From Bigelowiella natans CCMP2755 (lineage: Eukaryota > Protista > Cercozoa): a stretch of 64,000 bases of DNA. The stretch is from contig ADNK01001243.1 in the NCBI GenBank assembly GCA_000320545.1, forward strand, positions 1-64,000, in the 5' to 3' direction. Position 1 is the first letter of the stretch. Each line of letters begins with the position of its first letter. The notes beneath the pieces are model-generated. The model saw only the letters and a list, made by a program, of their open reading frames with translations. It was not told the DNA's origin and did not search any database. The translations under genes were made by a program, and so were the position numbers. Below are positions 11,808 through 27,084 of this stretch, one piece after another.

Positions 11808-12569
11808 TCAATCGTCATCTACTTCCCAAGCTGTGCTACTTTTTCGAGAAGATACTATGCGCGTAGAGGACGCTCTACTTGTGTTGTAGCTTGCATCTTT
11901 AGCCTCTAACAATGGCACAGATAGTCCTTGCTGCTGTCGAAGAGTCGATGCAGACTTCCTCACACGACGATCCGAGGCGCTCAGAAGCTCCGTCTTTTGT
12001 CCGTCGAGGCCTTAAAGAAAGTTTTTAAATATTATTCGTTAAACATTGCAGATATCTGATGGCCGCATTTTGCACTAGGAAGAAGACATACTTTAGTAGC
12101 CTAAATACTTACGATAATACTCTTGGAGGATATAATCAATTGTAGCAACTACTTCCAGTCAAAAACCAAAAAACCCTCCCATTAACAATTTAATGAACAA
12201 AACTGTCAAAGACAAAAATTGCAATTTGTCGCTGTTTCGGCGCTTAACCTTAAGCGACGGAGGGACACATCATATATCGCACGAATGACTACCTTTGCGC
12301 CTATCAGGTAGACTGAAGTGCACGCGAAACTTCTCCGCAGAGGAGTTCTGTCCCTGCATCTGCTGCGAAAATTTCATGTTGACTTCGGTTGGCGATTTCA
12401 GCACCGCTTTGGTAGAATCTATGTGCTTGAATATTTCCGATGGTGCAAGGCGCCTGAGAGTTTGATTCAAAACTTAGTTTCATGTGTGTGTGTGTGTGTG
12501 TATGTGTGTGTGTGTGCATGTGCGAATTTTTGGTGTAAGAGGAGTAGTTGGTTGGTAAATATACACGAA

Positions 12570-12604
<35 letters not shown>

Positions 12605-12817
12605 TTTCTCTCTCTCTCTCTCTCTCTCTCTCTTATCTATCTAACCTGGTATCGCCGATGTAGGGCCCTCGATCGTTTGCATTACTTCTATAGGATTCCT
12701 TTCTGAGATCATCCGGTCTTGGTGTGCGAAATGTGGTGGTAAATCGCTCTTGTCCAGCTGGGGTCTTGCTGAACAACCCCGGAGATTCGTCGGCTAGAAA
12801 AATGATCATATAGATAA

Positions 12818-12898
<81 letters not shown>

Positions 12899-14335
12899 TA
12901 GAGAGAACCCGCTTTGCATTATGCTTATATTACGTGTCGTTGTATATCGTTATGATCTTCGTTGTAATTAGTTATTACTCACCGAACCACGGTTTGGAAG
13001 CAAGTCGCCGTATTCGTGGTGGATCAGCCGCGTACGCATCGTCAGTAGGCAGCACTCCTTCCTTATCACGAATACGTATTTTCTCCATCCTTTCCCTTGC
13101 CGACAAGACTACATGCTTGCTACCATCCATATTGAGACCAGACGGAGAGCGCGCCTTGAGAGAAATGTTGAAATCCTCTTTACCTTGCTCGCGAAGATGC
13201 CTATTGGTGGAAGAGGATGATGAGACAACACAACAATAACAAGAATAGAATACATTCAATAACAAAAAATCCTTCTCTTGCCAGCATACAAGGTATATGA
13301 TTGTTGCAGAGACAAAGAATAAACTATATCATAATATGAAAGTTACGGCTCCCTCATAACTACATCCTTCCTTTCAACTTGATTAAAAGCGCTTGATTGA
13401 TTGCACCTTGCTTCCATGGTCGGTCTCGGAGTGTAGGAAGTCTTTAGGTTGCCGACGTAAGGCCCCCTATCGTTGCTTCCATATCGGCTTGCTTGTGCTC
13501 TTAGATCATCAGGGCGAGGCGTACGAATTGCGGTGATAAACCTTTTCCCGGATGATGTCCTTGGTTCGGCTGATAAAGGAATTCCCGCCAGAGATAGTCT
13601 AGGCGGCGCCGAGACGGTTGGAGAAGAATGGTGAACTCCAGTGCTATTATTATTGTTATTATTATCATTACTATTATTATTCCCTGCTACCATCCAACCG
13701 TTCATGCTAGGCTGCTTTCTGTTGCCGCCTCCATTCCCCCCCCACCTTCGATTTCTTGATTTAGCACCGCGGGCAGATTTGGGAGGTTTGAATGCATTAG
13801 TGGTGAAGCTGCGGGACATCGATTGGCTATTGCTTCGTGATCTTCGCTGGTGAGGAGGACGCTTGTGCTTGTTGGATGAACGTTTTTTACTCTTGTAGCC
13901 CATTGTTGTGTCCTCAACTGGATGACTCTTGCGAGAACTGGTGCTTCGGCCAGAACTCGGGAAGATGTGCATACTTGGTGGGGAGGTTCGGGGCGACGTC
14001 TAGGACGACGTATAACAAACAGCATTTCGATGGTGAGTACAAGATCATGGATGGCGACGGGAGAATACAACCAGTAAAGTCATAAATGTGGTGCGTGGAA
14101 TAATATATTACACCAATTTTCCCAAAGCTGAAATTTTGCACATATGCTACACATAGCCGACTAAGTAAAATCGATTGCATGTTACCATCTTAGCGATTTT
14201 GAGTCTTGGAGGTTTTCGGGCTAGCATGTTCTTGCTGCTGCGAGAGTCGGAGCGAGAAATCGAGGAGCGCGAAGATGATCTTGATACTGATGTTGTTTCA
14301 TTGCTGCTCTTACGAAGATTGGTTCGCCCTCTCAT
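11808..14335 (-). CDS. Multi-exon basic, low-complexity hypothetical protein
   Basis: Chain of minus-strand open segments (14147-14335, 13343-14080, 12975-13230, ~12650-12790, ~12310-12450) and a last exon ending ...TAWEVDDD* at 11808. No recognisable domain. Confidence 0.5.
12821..12906. repeat. (GA)n microsatellite, intronic
   Basis: Long GA run with few interruptions. Confidence 0.95.
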
Positions 14336-14998
14336 GATCAATTCACGTTCCCTCTCGCGATTCTGCGTCAGCCTGGCATTGATTTTGGAAATTATATAAA
14401 GGGTTTCGTATTTCATAATAAAAACTTAAAGCATATGTTACCTGGCATTGATCTTCGAGCGAATACTGCAGATATCGTCCGATCCCGTGATTGGGATGGA
14501 CATTTTCTCGCCCGTGATAGTCTCCACCAGGAGTTTCATGAATGCAGAGTGCTGGTAGCTGTAAGGCTACAATCAATTCGCGGATAGTGTACTTTCCGTA
14601 AAATTAGGATATGAATGTCCTAGTCACTGCTACTAGACTACCAAGAGGTGAGTCACTTATTAGTGTAAAGAGGCTGCGGCTATCTATCGCCTTTCTCCCC
14701 CTTTCTAACGGACCACCCCTTGTTAACAGTCCTCCGTTTCTTGATGGCAATAATATGTGAGTACTGTGTAATACAACTGGCCGCGACATGTGTTTCATGT
14801 CAAGATTATCTGGCATTTTATATATACGACATGTTCGTCTTAGAGAAAGTTTCGAAGATTTGCAGATACTTTCCCAGAGATCTCTGGAGATTTTTTATGT
14901 TCGGTGACAGGAATCCCGGAATACCGTTTTTCCGTACTCCAGAGGCGGCCCAGTACTACTACACACACATAGCGTGGAATCATTTCGAACTGCCTGCC

Positions 14999-16960
14999 AT
15001 GGACTCTAGTAGTGCACCATACCATTCTTCTGGAGGAACAGGAGGAGGAGCACTTCTGCGTCCTTCATCTCCTCGCCATCTCAAATGGCTGTGTACCATA
15101 CTCGCTATTGTGGTTGGATCGATGGTAAGTTAATTGCACAGATGTTCACCGCAAAGCAACCGATATACCCACCCCCCGTGTGTGTGTGTGGCATGTTCAT
15201 TTTCATTTAACCAAAAGACATTACATCCATACAATTTTAGCTCAGCAACTCCCATGTCACACTTCAGTGCAAAAATTTAGGTAAGGAAACAGTGCAATTT
15301 TCTTCTTTACATTACAGATGCTTCTAGGCCCTAAGGAGGCTCGATTGGGTGAAAACCTGGTCCATGAGCACCGTGAGGATCGAATCTATTTTCCGCATGA
15401 AAAATTTGCCGCTATACTGAAGTTACGTGGAGGAGATCTTGAGGTCCCTTAAATACCTCTTGCGTTTAAATAAGGAAGTATTTATAAAAATACTGTTCCC
15501 TGTGTTTCGTGATTTTTGACATGGGAATTTCCTATTGCATTTAGAGCGAGAAGAATCGAGGCAATGCTTTATTCCAGCAAGGTAAGTATGATCAAGCCAA
15601 GGAAGTCTACACCCGGGCCCTAAACAGGTGTGAAATTGGGACTAACCGCTAACAACAAAAAATTACTTTCTCCGCCAACACAGTAAGCTAATTATATGAT
15701 ACTTTAGCGCATCGGATCGGAAAGATGAAGTCGCTCTAGCGGTCAGTAGGTGTACTAGTGTGAGAAGGGATGAGAAGAGAAATGCTTATGGTTACATACA
15801 CATACGAGAAAAGGGAGTTGGCATCCCTCCATTTGTATTTATCACAAATCGCCACTAACTTTTTCAATGCAAGCACCACTTTACCTCCTCTTCTTTCTAC
15901 GCACAGATTCTCCGGAACCGTGCAGCAACCAACATGAAACTGGGCGACTATAAAGGTGCAATTAAGGACTCAACCGAGGTCTTGGACGTCAAGATATGCA
16001 ATAAGGCCCTCCTCCGACGTGCTATGGCAATCGACAAGCTGGGTGATCTCAGTATGTATGAGATGGGGTACTACTTTTAGTTCAAATTAGTAGATTAGCT
16101 GCAATGTTCAAAGGTGGAAAAACGATCGATTGCCTGTGTGGTTGTTCCTTTTTTATGATGATTACGATAGTCATGATGCATTGAAACAGCATTTCTGTCG
16201 ATGAAGAAAGGAGATTTGCAAAAATCTCGTTTTCTCCTTAGACGGACGGTCACATTCGTTGATACTCATAAATACGAATTTCGTTGGAGCTTATGTTTTC
16301 AATTTTTAGCTTGTCTATTGGCTGCTTCTTTCTCTTACCCCCCATATCCCCTCTATCACATTTCTATTACTTCCAAATAGCTACCGGGACGCTCGTAAGC
16401 TATTAATGGATGGTGAGGGTGCTACAGGAACAGAAACATTGCGCGAAGTCAAACGACTTGAGGAGAAAATGCGCAAGGCCTGGCGTGCCACATTAATGGA
16501 TGACTGTGATAAACTGTGTAAGAATTGCTATGAGGACGCGAAGCTAAATATCGAGTTTGAAAACATGCACCTGGTTGATAAGGCGATAGAGGATCTTGAC
16601 TACGCGTGCGACCGCATAGTGGAAAAACGTGACGCAAACTTCTCCGCCGAATGGCCTTGGAAATGTGTTGAAATGCGAATGCAGTGTCACAAAATGACCT
16701 CATGCTTCGAGTCTCTAACCGAAGATCTTAACTTCATGGTGAACGTAAGTCCCAAGAATGCAACACTTCGTCTACTTCGATGCTTCGCTTACGAGGCCTG
16801 CGAACGGTGGCCGAGGTGCTTGAAGGAAGCAAAACTTGTTGCTGAGTGCCAGAAAGGAATAGATCCAACCCCCGCACAGATCCTAGAAGCACAGGGTTAT
16901 GTTAAACGTATGACCTATTTCGTCGAGCAGCTCAGCAGCAAAGATAGGGGTGATCCATAA
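14999..16960 (+). CDS. Multi-exon TPR-repeat protein with N-terminal hydrophobic segment
   Basis: Exon peptides EKNRGNALFQQGKYDQAKEVYTRAL (~15545-15627) and ILRNRAATNMKLGDYKGAIKDSTEVL...KALLRRAMA (~15908-16050) are canonical TPR; last exon contains ORF 16406-16960. Confidence 0.75.
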
Positions 16961-18262
16961 TGATGATGACAAAAAAGAGTGTAACAATGGCAGCCACTCT
17001 AGCACTGCCCTGAGTAAAGAAATGCTGTGGAAATTCAACATGCATTTTCACAAAGGGGGCAAACATACGACAGCTGTAGAATATGCTCCGTCAAGGCAAG
17101 CTAACGTAGCATGCATATCTGGATGTGACTGCATTCAACATGGGCCAAATTTCTTAGATGCAAATGAAGCAGAATCCCCCAGAATTGATGGGCAAAAATC
17201 GTATATGAAAGCATCGCCCGTCGCAAATGGCTAGGCGACATGACTTCCACAATGTATATTGTAGAGTCATCCTATTCTAGTAATGTCTGATGTAGCTGAT
17301 GTAATTTTGCATGCCTGTAGTCTCTATAGGTCTAGCCATTCATCATTGCATGCATGTTGTGCACATCCATTCGCATGCGCCAGCACGGCTAGACGGAGCT
17401 GTATACCGCACACGATGCGGCCACTGCACGCCAAGATCACGCGCAGTTATTTTACCCTGCTAGCCTGTACGTGCTGCATGGCCACAGTTACACAGTGCAA
17501 AGGCCTACGTGCGATGCATGCAATGAGCTAAGTCGCTTTGACTGCCTAGCTTTGCACAGACTGTGGAGTTGATTGGAGCACACATTGAGAGCGCTCGTCT
17601 AGCGCTTGCACATGCGCGTTGGTGCGGCCATGCTGCAGCTGAACCACGCAGCTAGGGCGTAGCTACGGAATTGGTAGTCACGCATGTCGCTACGTGCATC
17701 TGCAAAGTGTGTCATTGATCAAGCAAACAACTGTGCGCAAGTGCATGCGTCGCATTTGAGTTGATGAGCATGCTGCTACTAGCGGTGCACGCACATGCAT
17801 GTCACGTCTGATGATCGACCATTGCATGAAAAGATTCGATCACTTCATCATTGCATCCGCCGTCTCACGCATCACGTCGTACGAGGGCTATGTCTACATG
17901 TGCCTCGCCAAAGTCATCCAACAACAAAAGCCTTTTGTGTGTCTTTGGATTTGCACATGTATCAAAAGCATGGCATGTGCCTGTACAACGTAACGCTATC
18001 TAACTACATCATGGACGCTGCTCGGCGTCCGCATTTCATACGCACACATTTGTGCGACACCACGAACAACGCATGCAAATGAAGCTTGGCAATCAGTGCA
18101 CTTAATTTTGATCGGATATTTGCTGCTTGTGTATGCGAATTGAACGCAGATGATAATTTGGCATCACTGCGCTGCGCTGATAAAGGTGTGCTAACTCTTA
18201 ATACAAGAAAGAATAATAGGGCTACAACAATGGAACTTGGTGACATACATTGATTACCTTTC

Positions 18263-19164
18263 TTAAAGTCTAATTCCAACAGGGTTTGCAACCTGGTTGT
18301 TGATTCTATTTCTATTCACAATTTCACGTTCTTTCTTGAATAGATTCTTGGTGCCTTTCTTCCTCAATCGAGCTTCCTTCTTCCGAGCTTTCGCAGCATC
18401 TTTTCTAGCCTTTCGCTCCGCTTTAGATTCCTTCTTTGAACGACGGACTCCCAAGTTGACTGGCTCGTACTCATCCACACTCTCGAGCTAAAAGGCAACA
18501 GCAACATATTGAGATTAAAATTAAGACGCATTATTCTCGTTGTATCAACCTCATCATCTTCTTCTAGTGCATAATCTTGACGCTTTTCAGACTTTTCTTC
18601 TTTGCTAGTCTTAATCTGTTTGATTCTATTACTGGAGAAAAAGACACCATCATTTTTATTAAGGGCGAAGAATACGTAAGTAAACATTTTAAATATTACT
18701 GAACCATTACTGAAAGCATCGGTTGCAAACCACCATGTGTTGTGTTGGTACGAGTAATTGATTATTGTAGGTCATTGGTGGTTTCGAATACTTATTTAGC
18801 CAGATACGCCATACCGTCGTGGTTCTCTGATCATAGATGGATGGTTGGAAGCACTAGAATATGTCGAGAGAATCGATTCACAATCCCATTTCTCCTTCGG
18901 CTTTGGCTTATAGCTATCCATGATCTCTTTCTCAATTTCTTTAACATCCTTGGCAGCTTCCTCCTAATTACAGAGCAGTCTCTATTTTGATCTCGGATGA
19001 AAAGATGTTGCTGGCCTGGCGTACATACCTGAAGACGTTCTACGGTTTCGCAAATCTTTTCCTTTAAAATTTCCTTCGTATTCTTGTCCATATCTTGCTG
19101 TACTTTCAACTAAAATGTAACATCATTATAATGCCCCTATTGCTCCATCAAAGAGAAAATGATG

Positions 19165-19208
<44 letters not shown>

Positions 19209-21015
19209 ATACACACATACGCACATAAATATTTATAAGTCTAACATTTTCGGCTCTTTGGCTAATTTCTTGTTCCAAATGGTGTTCGATATCTTTGTAT
19301 TCTAGCCCTTCCTGCAGAGCCATGTTCATTACAAAATAAAACGTTTCTAAACTTGATGAAGATAATGGTGATGATGATGTCATTGTGATTGATTACGATG
19401 TCGCCAAACAAAGACATAGAAAACTAAGAAATATATTTACATCCAACTGTTCAATTTCGCCAAGATTCTCGTCCTCAAATTCAGCATAGAGGCCTAATAA
19501 GAAACGTTATGCACGGTTGAAATGATGAAAGATTAACGATGTTGCGTACTAGCGAAATGCGCATCTAATCTCCTTCTGCGAAGCATTTCCTCTTCCTCGT
19601 CATCCTGTTTTTGTTGTTAGTTCAAAATGCGTGCTTAAACAATTCTGGGAGCGTAACGTGAATAGGAAAGGACAGTGCACAAACGAACAATAAAGAACAC
19701 ATCAACCTCATCTTCATCAAAATCTAGATCATCCTCTGTCATCCCAGCTGCCATCATAGCTGCAATCTTCTTATCCACATCTGAAAGATCTTCTGCCGAA
19801 GGGCATTTTTCATCAGTACCCACTTCTATATCTCCCCCCCCCCCTTTTTTACTATCCTCTTCAGCCGCTTTGTAGTGCTCGGGAACCTAATATTAGTTGG
19901 AGCATCTCAATAAACGAGAATTCATTGCTCTGGTTAAAGTACCGAATTTCCACATGCGACTTGGATAAAATCGTCAAGAAGATCCTCGTATTCATATTGA
20001 GCATTGTCTCCCTCCAGAGCATCGTAAAAATCGTGTGTGGCACGAACTGTCATAGCAACAACTGATCAATCTATTTAGCTATTTAAATTGGAATAATCAA
20101 CAATATGCCAACCATTCGGATTTTTGACGCGCTTTTTCTTGTCATTTATTATTTCCGGGCCTACAGGTAGCACAAACTGAACTATGCTGCTGCTGGATGA
20201 TGAAGATTTCTTCTCCTGCTCTGCAGAACTATTTGCTGCTTTAGAAGCTGCTGGCGACACGAGACCAGGAGATTCCACTTCACCCTTTGTCATTTTCTGT
20301 TATTTAGAGATGAAGTCAGTCCTCGCTAAATCTAACCCAGCCGAAAGCAATCAATATTCAGAATTTAAGACAACCATTCGTGGGTCTGCCTCGACTGCAT
20401 ACCCTTCAGTAGGAACGAATGTACCTATTTTTGTGCGAGATTTCCCATTTTTCCACTTAAAGAAGCTTACTATTAGTTTGCTTACCTCCGCCTATCTCTC
20501 TTAAATGTTGAGAGTAATCGTAGTCATGGGCCACATTCGATATTCCATTTTCTTTACGTTTATCCAAATATTTGAAGCCACCCCCATGATTAGGAAGGTA
20601 CTGGAACATCTCCTCCTGTTGTTATCATGAATCAGTGATGAACAATACATCTAAGGACATGCTCAATATTAGCATCCTACATGATCAGGTTCCTCCGCCC
20701 TCAGATACTCCTGAGGCAAGCCCTTCAATATCTGTACGAATTTGTAGCTTTCAACGGATGAAGCAGTCTCCGTTTTCAATCAAGCTCGTACCTTCGCCTG
20801 CACCTCTGCAGTTGCGTCACTACCAACTGGTTGAAGTACGAACTTCGAGCTGGGGTGATAAAATCATAAATATCATTGAAATTACCCCTCGTCGTATCAT
20901 CAACAAACCTTGTTGGATCGTTTGCCACTGGGTCGTCGGCATCACGGGGGACAATTTTGAAACGAACAGCATTCTTCTTGTCGAAGCGCTTTTTCTTGTT
21001 GGTGCCTTTCTTCAT
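18263..21015 (-). CDS. LTV1: Protein LTV1 homolog (40S ribosome biogenesis factor), multi-exon
   Basis: N-terminal KKRFDKKNAVRFKIVPRDADDP, acidic middle, WDCESILSTYSSASNHP (~18840-18890) and C-terminal RRSKKESKAERKARKDAAKARKKEAR match the LTV1 family layout. Confidence 0.85.
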
Positions 21016-21433
21016 TCGTAGCTAGATTTCAACTCAAATATAATGCATGTACTTATTATTTTGAGGAATTTTCCCCACCAAAGGCAGGAGGAAGGATAGG
21101 AGGAGAGGGGCACGACGAAAGAAGAATTAGCGTTGAGAAGAAGCTCACTCATGGAGGAAAAGGGCACTGGTTAGCATAGTACGACAACAAATAGTATCGG
21201 AGAATTTCACGGCGTTATTAACCAATTGTCCATGGATTGATTGCCGAAATATTATTATCAGTCAATATATCGGGTGGAGATCCTCTGGAGACCCTCCAGC
21301 AGCAACCCTGCTGGTTAGTAGCCATTTAGCGAATCCAACTTCGGTTTCACGTCACTTTAAGAAACTGCAACTGTCGAGCTTATTTATCTCACTATTTCTG
21401 TGTGGAGGGGACTGACTAAAAGGCGAACAAAAG

Positions 21434-24400
21434 ATGGCTGACGTGTCTGACAATAAGACCGTGGTACGATTATTATCAGTAGGCATCGAGCTTTCTGTTT
21501 GGTTCTCTGTATAACTTGTGCCTTGCAATGTGTGCTCTTTGCAGTCTGTGGACATAGACTCGGAAGAGGTATTAAATTTATACTCCTTCTACGGGTTTGT
21601 AAATTTCGATCACGAATATTTCTCATTCTTAGCCAATTGACCCATCGTTGGAGAAGAGGATATGTCAAACTCCAAAAAACCCTACCAAAGACTACTCTGA
21701 GTTTCTCACACCGGTTTCAATTTAAATGAAAGATGCTGGTGCGGTTTCAACGCTGATTGGAATTTTGTCAAATAGGCACAGTTGAAGGGGCTCCGCTCAT
21801 TTTTTGGAAAGATTGATGGCGGTTCTGGAACAGTCAAAATGGTGTCGAACATTTCTCATCAAAAGAAAACAGATTCTTACACCTGTGTGGTGACCACAAC
21901 AGAAAACAATGTTAAAGGCTGTGAGGGGTGACACCAAGATGCGTGTTCTTTTTGGTCTTGACAAACCAACTATGGGCTCTACCAACGCGGTTAGATTATG
22001 AAAATCGTACTTGACGGTTTATAATATTCATTTTGTATTGAAACGCACAGAAATTTAACCAGATCTTCAGCGAAATGGCCACTGATACCTCTCGTGAAAT
22101 CACCTTCAAACAATTCCTAGCGTTTTTCTACGAAAGATGGAAATTGGCCCAGGTTCTACGATATTTGGATATCTCGAAATGTTATTAAGGATCCTTCTTT
22201 TTGGTTTTATGGCAGGATTCCCTATTCGATGACACTATCAGCGTTGTGCCTTTGGCTGTTTCGTCAGCTATTGGGCACCGTGTCATGGCCGATAATCTTG
22301 ATGCGACAGTCCTGATTGAAATTCAAGTATGCACAAACAAATCCACTTCCCTCCCCTTTTTGTTTGAAAATTCCTTGTATAGTATGCAGTAAAAATATAG
22401 TATTTGAATTCATAGGATGGCGACGATGAGGTAAGGCGGGGGTCTGGCGTTTTGCTAGATGATGGATACATCCTGACAGCCACTAAAGTTATTAAAACAG
22501 AGGCAGATGCTGCCAAGGCTAGATTGGTAATGAACTAGAGAAATTGCCTCAGATCCCACAATCAATCACAGTGCACGTGATGATATATGTGATATTATAG
22601 ACATTCTTTAATGAGGAAGACGCTGAAGGTTTTGTTGTAAACTTGAATCCGAGCAAGCTCTTCCACGTTGGCCAGGTCCTTATTTGTCTACAGCTTGAAA
22701 ATTTGACAATGACCTATGACCTTGACTTTATTAAAGCCTATCGAGATGCAAGGAGAAATCCTCTGCTACACAGTATGTGCTGTTGACCAAGAACAGCTCT
22801 TAGAGTCGCTTAGGCGAATTCCAAAGCTTGCCAGGAAGGAACCTCCCCGTACGGTACGATCTGAAACTATCTACCAACATTAACTTAAATCAAGCACAAT
22901 GTTACATCTATGAAATGTTCCTTCGCTGCATGAGAAAGGGGCATGTGAGTATTGAACCTCGGTTTCGTTTTTATCCTCGTTGTACTGATAAACCTTCCCA
23001 CAGGCTCTCATGCTTGCTCATCAAAGAATCAATGCAATGATGGGCACTGTGAACGCTTATGTTAACGAAAAACGGGTAATGTACGCTCACTAAGGACTAG
23101 AAAAGGATTAGATGAAACCCTTCTGTTTCTTGTCTTGGAGGAGCCAACTCCTGAGTTCTGGTTTTGGTTTCCATACTCTGAGGCACTGACAGTAATTCCA
23201 TGGTTTTCAGGAGGAATACACTTTGGGACCAAAGACCCCCCTGGTTCTAATCGAACACTCTGAAGATACTGGAGCGAAAGGATACAGTTCCCTAGTTTTG
23301 GGTGAAGGAAAAATTAATTTTCGCATCTATTGATATGTTCGAATTGGGGCATGATTTTTGTCACTTTGACATCCTGAATTAATCCGTATCATCATCACAG
23401 TAACTAACCCTAATTTTGAGGATTCCTAACCATCTTAGCGCAAGCTACCCGGGAGGCATTGTTATACGACGTGCATCGTGCTTTAGAAACTCAAGAACAT
23501 AAGCTTGCTCAATCGCCAGGGTCTCCTATCTTCACATTGAAAGGCGTTCTTTCGGCTATTCATATGAAAAGGTCGCAGAGGCAGTAGCACCGATTACACA
23601 CAGATGTAGCTCTATCAATGATATTGCATTAATTAATGACTTAATACATATGGTACTGTTCTACATGTTATTGGTACTTCCATTGTCACACTTGGTTTCA
23701 ACCGCCGACCGATATATCTAATGTCGAATGGTTCCAATGAACTTATTGTTTATGTTTTGGTTAGCCCAACAGGTTTTGGATTGACTCAAAAACTCGTCAC
23801 CGACCGCAAAAACATCATTTCCACCGTAAACTCCTAACTCAACTGAGGGTATGGCAGGTTTGTTTACTATTTCAATATTATATGCAGGAATCTTTCGATT
23901 CAACTCGGATTCAGGCTATGAGTTGGGGTCTAAACGTGACAATTTGCATTGAGGCATTGAGGAGAACCATCCATTATTGCACGGTAATTTAATGTATTCG
24001 AAACTATTCTTATGGAAGTCACTCGCATTCAGAATTCGTCACCTATGCCCTTAAAGCCTTGTTTCATGGTAACGTCGTTCTCCTCCTAATTTTGACGGTT
24101 TCTCAGATCCAGGCCTGGCGTAAACTTTTTGCTGGTAGCGCTTTAGAATGCCGTCGTCTATACAGGAAGGTGCCTTGAAGTTTGTCGCACTATCTTTTTG
24201 TGTCGTACCAATATATTTCAATGTTGCATACAATTATTCTTTATAATTATATTTCCATGCAACTCTATTCAGGTTTTCAACCTGTCTCCTTCGTTAGCGG
24301 GATCAGATGTATTGCGAGCGCTTGAGTTTGTATATATGGGAGATATGAAACGGATAGACGCCATTGAAAACGGCAGTAAGAAAAAGGGGGAACCCCCAGT

Positions 24401-26829
24401 TGTTCCTGGAGTGAGACCTTGGGATAGAGACCAATTTGCACAGGTCTTGTGATGACATCATAAAAGAAAGAGGAGTTCAGACATATCCTTTCTCCCCTGA
24501 CTCTCTATATTTCCTACGAGTGTGTACGCGTGGAATTATATGATAACGATCTGTTAAATTTATACAGACTTTAGACTTGATGGACGGACTGGAACTTGGT
24601 GATGAGGAAATACAAATATTTAGCAATGGATCCCTGTACCATGACGTAAGTTCATTTTGAGAGTCTTGAAAATGGTTAGAAAGTATAACATCGCAAGCAT
24701 AACCTCGGCGGAAGTATTTCATAGGAAATGTTTAGATTTGCTTTCAGCCCAATATCTCGATAAAGCTAAATTTCAAGTCTCACAATGAGTGTTACTTCTC
24801 ACTAAAAAATGAATAAATAATCACACATGAGAGGGATAGGAGTTGAGTTTTATAATTTTAGTTGCATAAACGCTATTTTTGAGAAGTATGTCTCCGATAA
24901 AGTAGTAATCGCCAATGTTAATCTGCTACAGATAGAGAACAAGTTTCTTGCTGTTGCTGGTACAGAGGCAAAGCAAAAAATAGCAAAAGAAGGAGACAGG
25001 TTAAGTTAAGATTTCCCACCAAAACAAAAAGTATACACGCATTTCAAAATCTACTCATCAACACTCTACGACAATTTTTGTGAGGAAAATGGATTATCAA
25101 GGTTTTGTAGATAACATCTCACTATCTTAGTTTCATGATGGTTGTGTGATATCTAAATCCTTCCTTCCTCGAAACAGCGTTAACCATAACTCCATTACTG
25201 AGCAACTCGCGTACTTGGAAAGTGTGAAGATTTGCACTGAAGCAATTGGTGCCAAAGATCCCGAATGTGCAGCTCTCTACATTGTGCGCGGTATTGCGTT
25301 CATGCACCTGAAGAAGAATAAAGAAGCCATCAAAGATTTCCAGACTGTCCTCTCAATCGAGCAAAAAGTAATCCATACATAGATATGTTGATTCCTGATA
25401 ATTATCTTGTACAGTTATTCCCGATTCTCTCTATTTCGATGGATTTCCATACTAAGTTAAGACGGTTGTAGGCAAGAACAGAGGGCTATGAAGATCGATG
25501 TGCTGACGCTCTTTGTTTCACAGGCTTTTGTCAAGCGGTTTGAATTTCATCTAAACCGAATTCTGCTGCCAATCTTATGATGAATGTGGTCAAGAGAATA
25601 GTGTTGTGAGAGTAAATGTTCTGGTAATTTCAGAGATTAGAGCAGTTTCCCCAATCGATAAAAGAGTTGACCGAGGTATGTGAAGATGCAAAACAGTGTT
25701 TTTATTGTAGGTTGACCTTCCTATCTTGTTACGTTTATAGGCGATTCGGCTGAATGATAAGATTTATGCTTACAACTACATTCGAGCTGGAGCGTAATTC
25801 GAATTTAAATTGAACAAAAGGATGTGCAATAAATTTACGTCTCAATTTGATGATCAGTTACATGAAGCTTGAAGAAGTGCGTCAGAAGACAGTATTAGAC
25901 GACATTCCATCAAAAGTAAACGAAATTGTTTAGTATCTTCTCGGATTTTCTTCCCAAATATAAAATTTGATGATATTTACAGGATCTAAGAGACTCTGCT
26001 GATTTGACCAAAGCTATTGCTGACTACACAAGGTACGTTACATCCAGTCAATCAAAATATCTCAAGACTTGTGTGAGATTCAACGTGCATAGTTTGCCAG
26101 TATTAACTACGTATTCATCTACGATTCTCCTGACATAGTTTTGGTGGTCGTTGTGAAGAGCAAAACCCATTATTTTTCCGGAGACTTTAGAGATTAACTT
26201 ACTTTTGAGCCTCGCAGACCATTTATGATTAAGTTCACGATATAATGCTAAGATATTATACTACTACATATCGCATGTGGTGGGTGGGTGGGTGTAAGTA
26301 TATATAATTTGTATATATGTATTGAAACGTAATTATTTCTAGAGCTTTAGTTACCTATTTCGTACATTATCTTATCATCGATCGCTCCAAAATGTTGTGA
26401 AATATTTTGATGTTTTGTGCTAGGGCTATAAATCTCCACCCTAAATTTTGCTACGCTTTCTACAATCGGGGACGGGCACTGTCCGCACAAATGAAGCTGT
26501 CGCATGCAATCAAGGATTTCAATACTACCCTAAAGCTGGATCCTGATCATGCAGCTTGTCTATTTAACAGAGGAATGTGCTACCAGAAAAAGGTCTCAAC
26601 TTGCAGAGGATCATCAGCAAAACAAGTAACACCAAAGACTAAGTCCAATTCTCCTTAATGTTTGGAAAATAGGTAAGAATAGACTGGATGAAATCTCATA
26701 AATTGTGTCCAAAGAAGGAGACGGTCGGATACATAAGACAGGTGCGTAAATCGCATGGATATCATTGTAGTCTATCGTATTAACATTATTTCAAATATAA
26801 CAGGTAAGTTCCATGTTGCGATATCCTGA
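21434..26829 (+). CDS. Multi-exon protein with N-terminal EF-hand-like segments and C-terminal TPR repeats (may be two genes)
   Basis: Spliceable start MADVSDNKTV-SVDIDSEE-PIDPS..., LRSFFGKIDGGSGTV and IFSEMATDTSREITFKQF; TPR exons ALYIVRGIAFMHLKKNKEAIKDF and AFYNRGRALSAQMKLSHAIKDFNTTLKLDP. Boundaries approximate. Confidence 0.55.
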
Positions 26830-27084
26830 CAACCTTATTACTCCGAGACTGCCGTAATCAAGGCTGTTGGATGATGATAGGTGTTCATAGAAAAAATGAT
26901 GATGAGATGGGGCGTAGTAGGGGAGCCCATGCATGATGTCTGTATGTATTGAACGGATAAGCGATTCCTATCATTCCTGCAAGCTGTGTTCAATATATCC
27001 CATTGGCGTGGAAAAATAATCAATGATGAAGGCAAACAGAAAGGCTATATGTGCCATGCGTGCGAGGAAGATTTCGCTACTTTC

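Noticed and set aside
23400-23415. taaccctaa, a telomere-like word
   Set aside because: Single short occurrence with no array.
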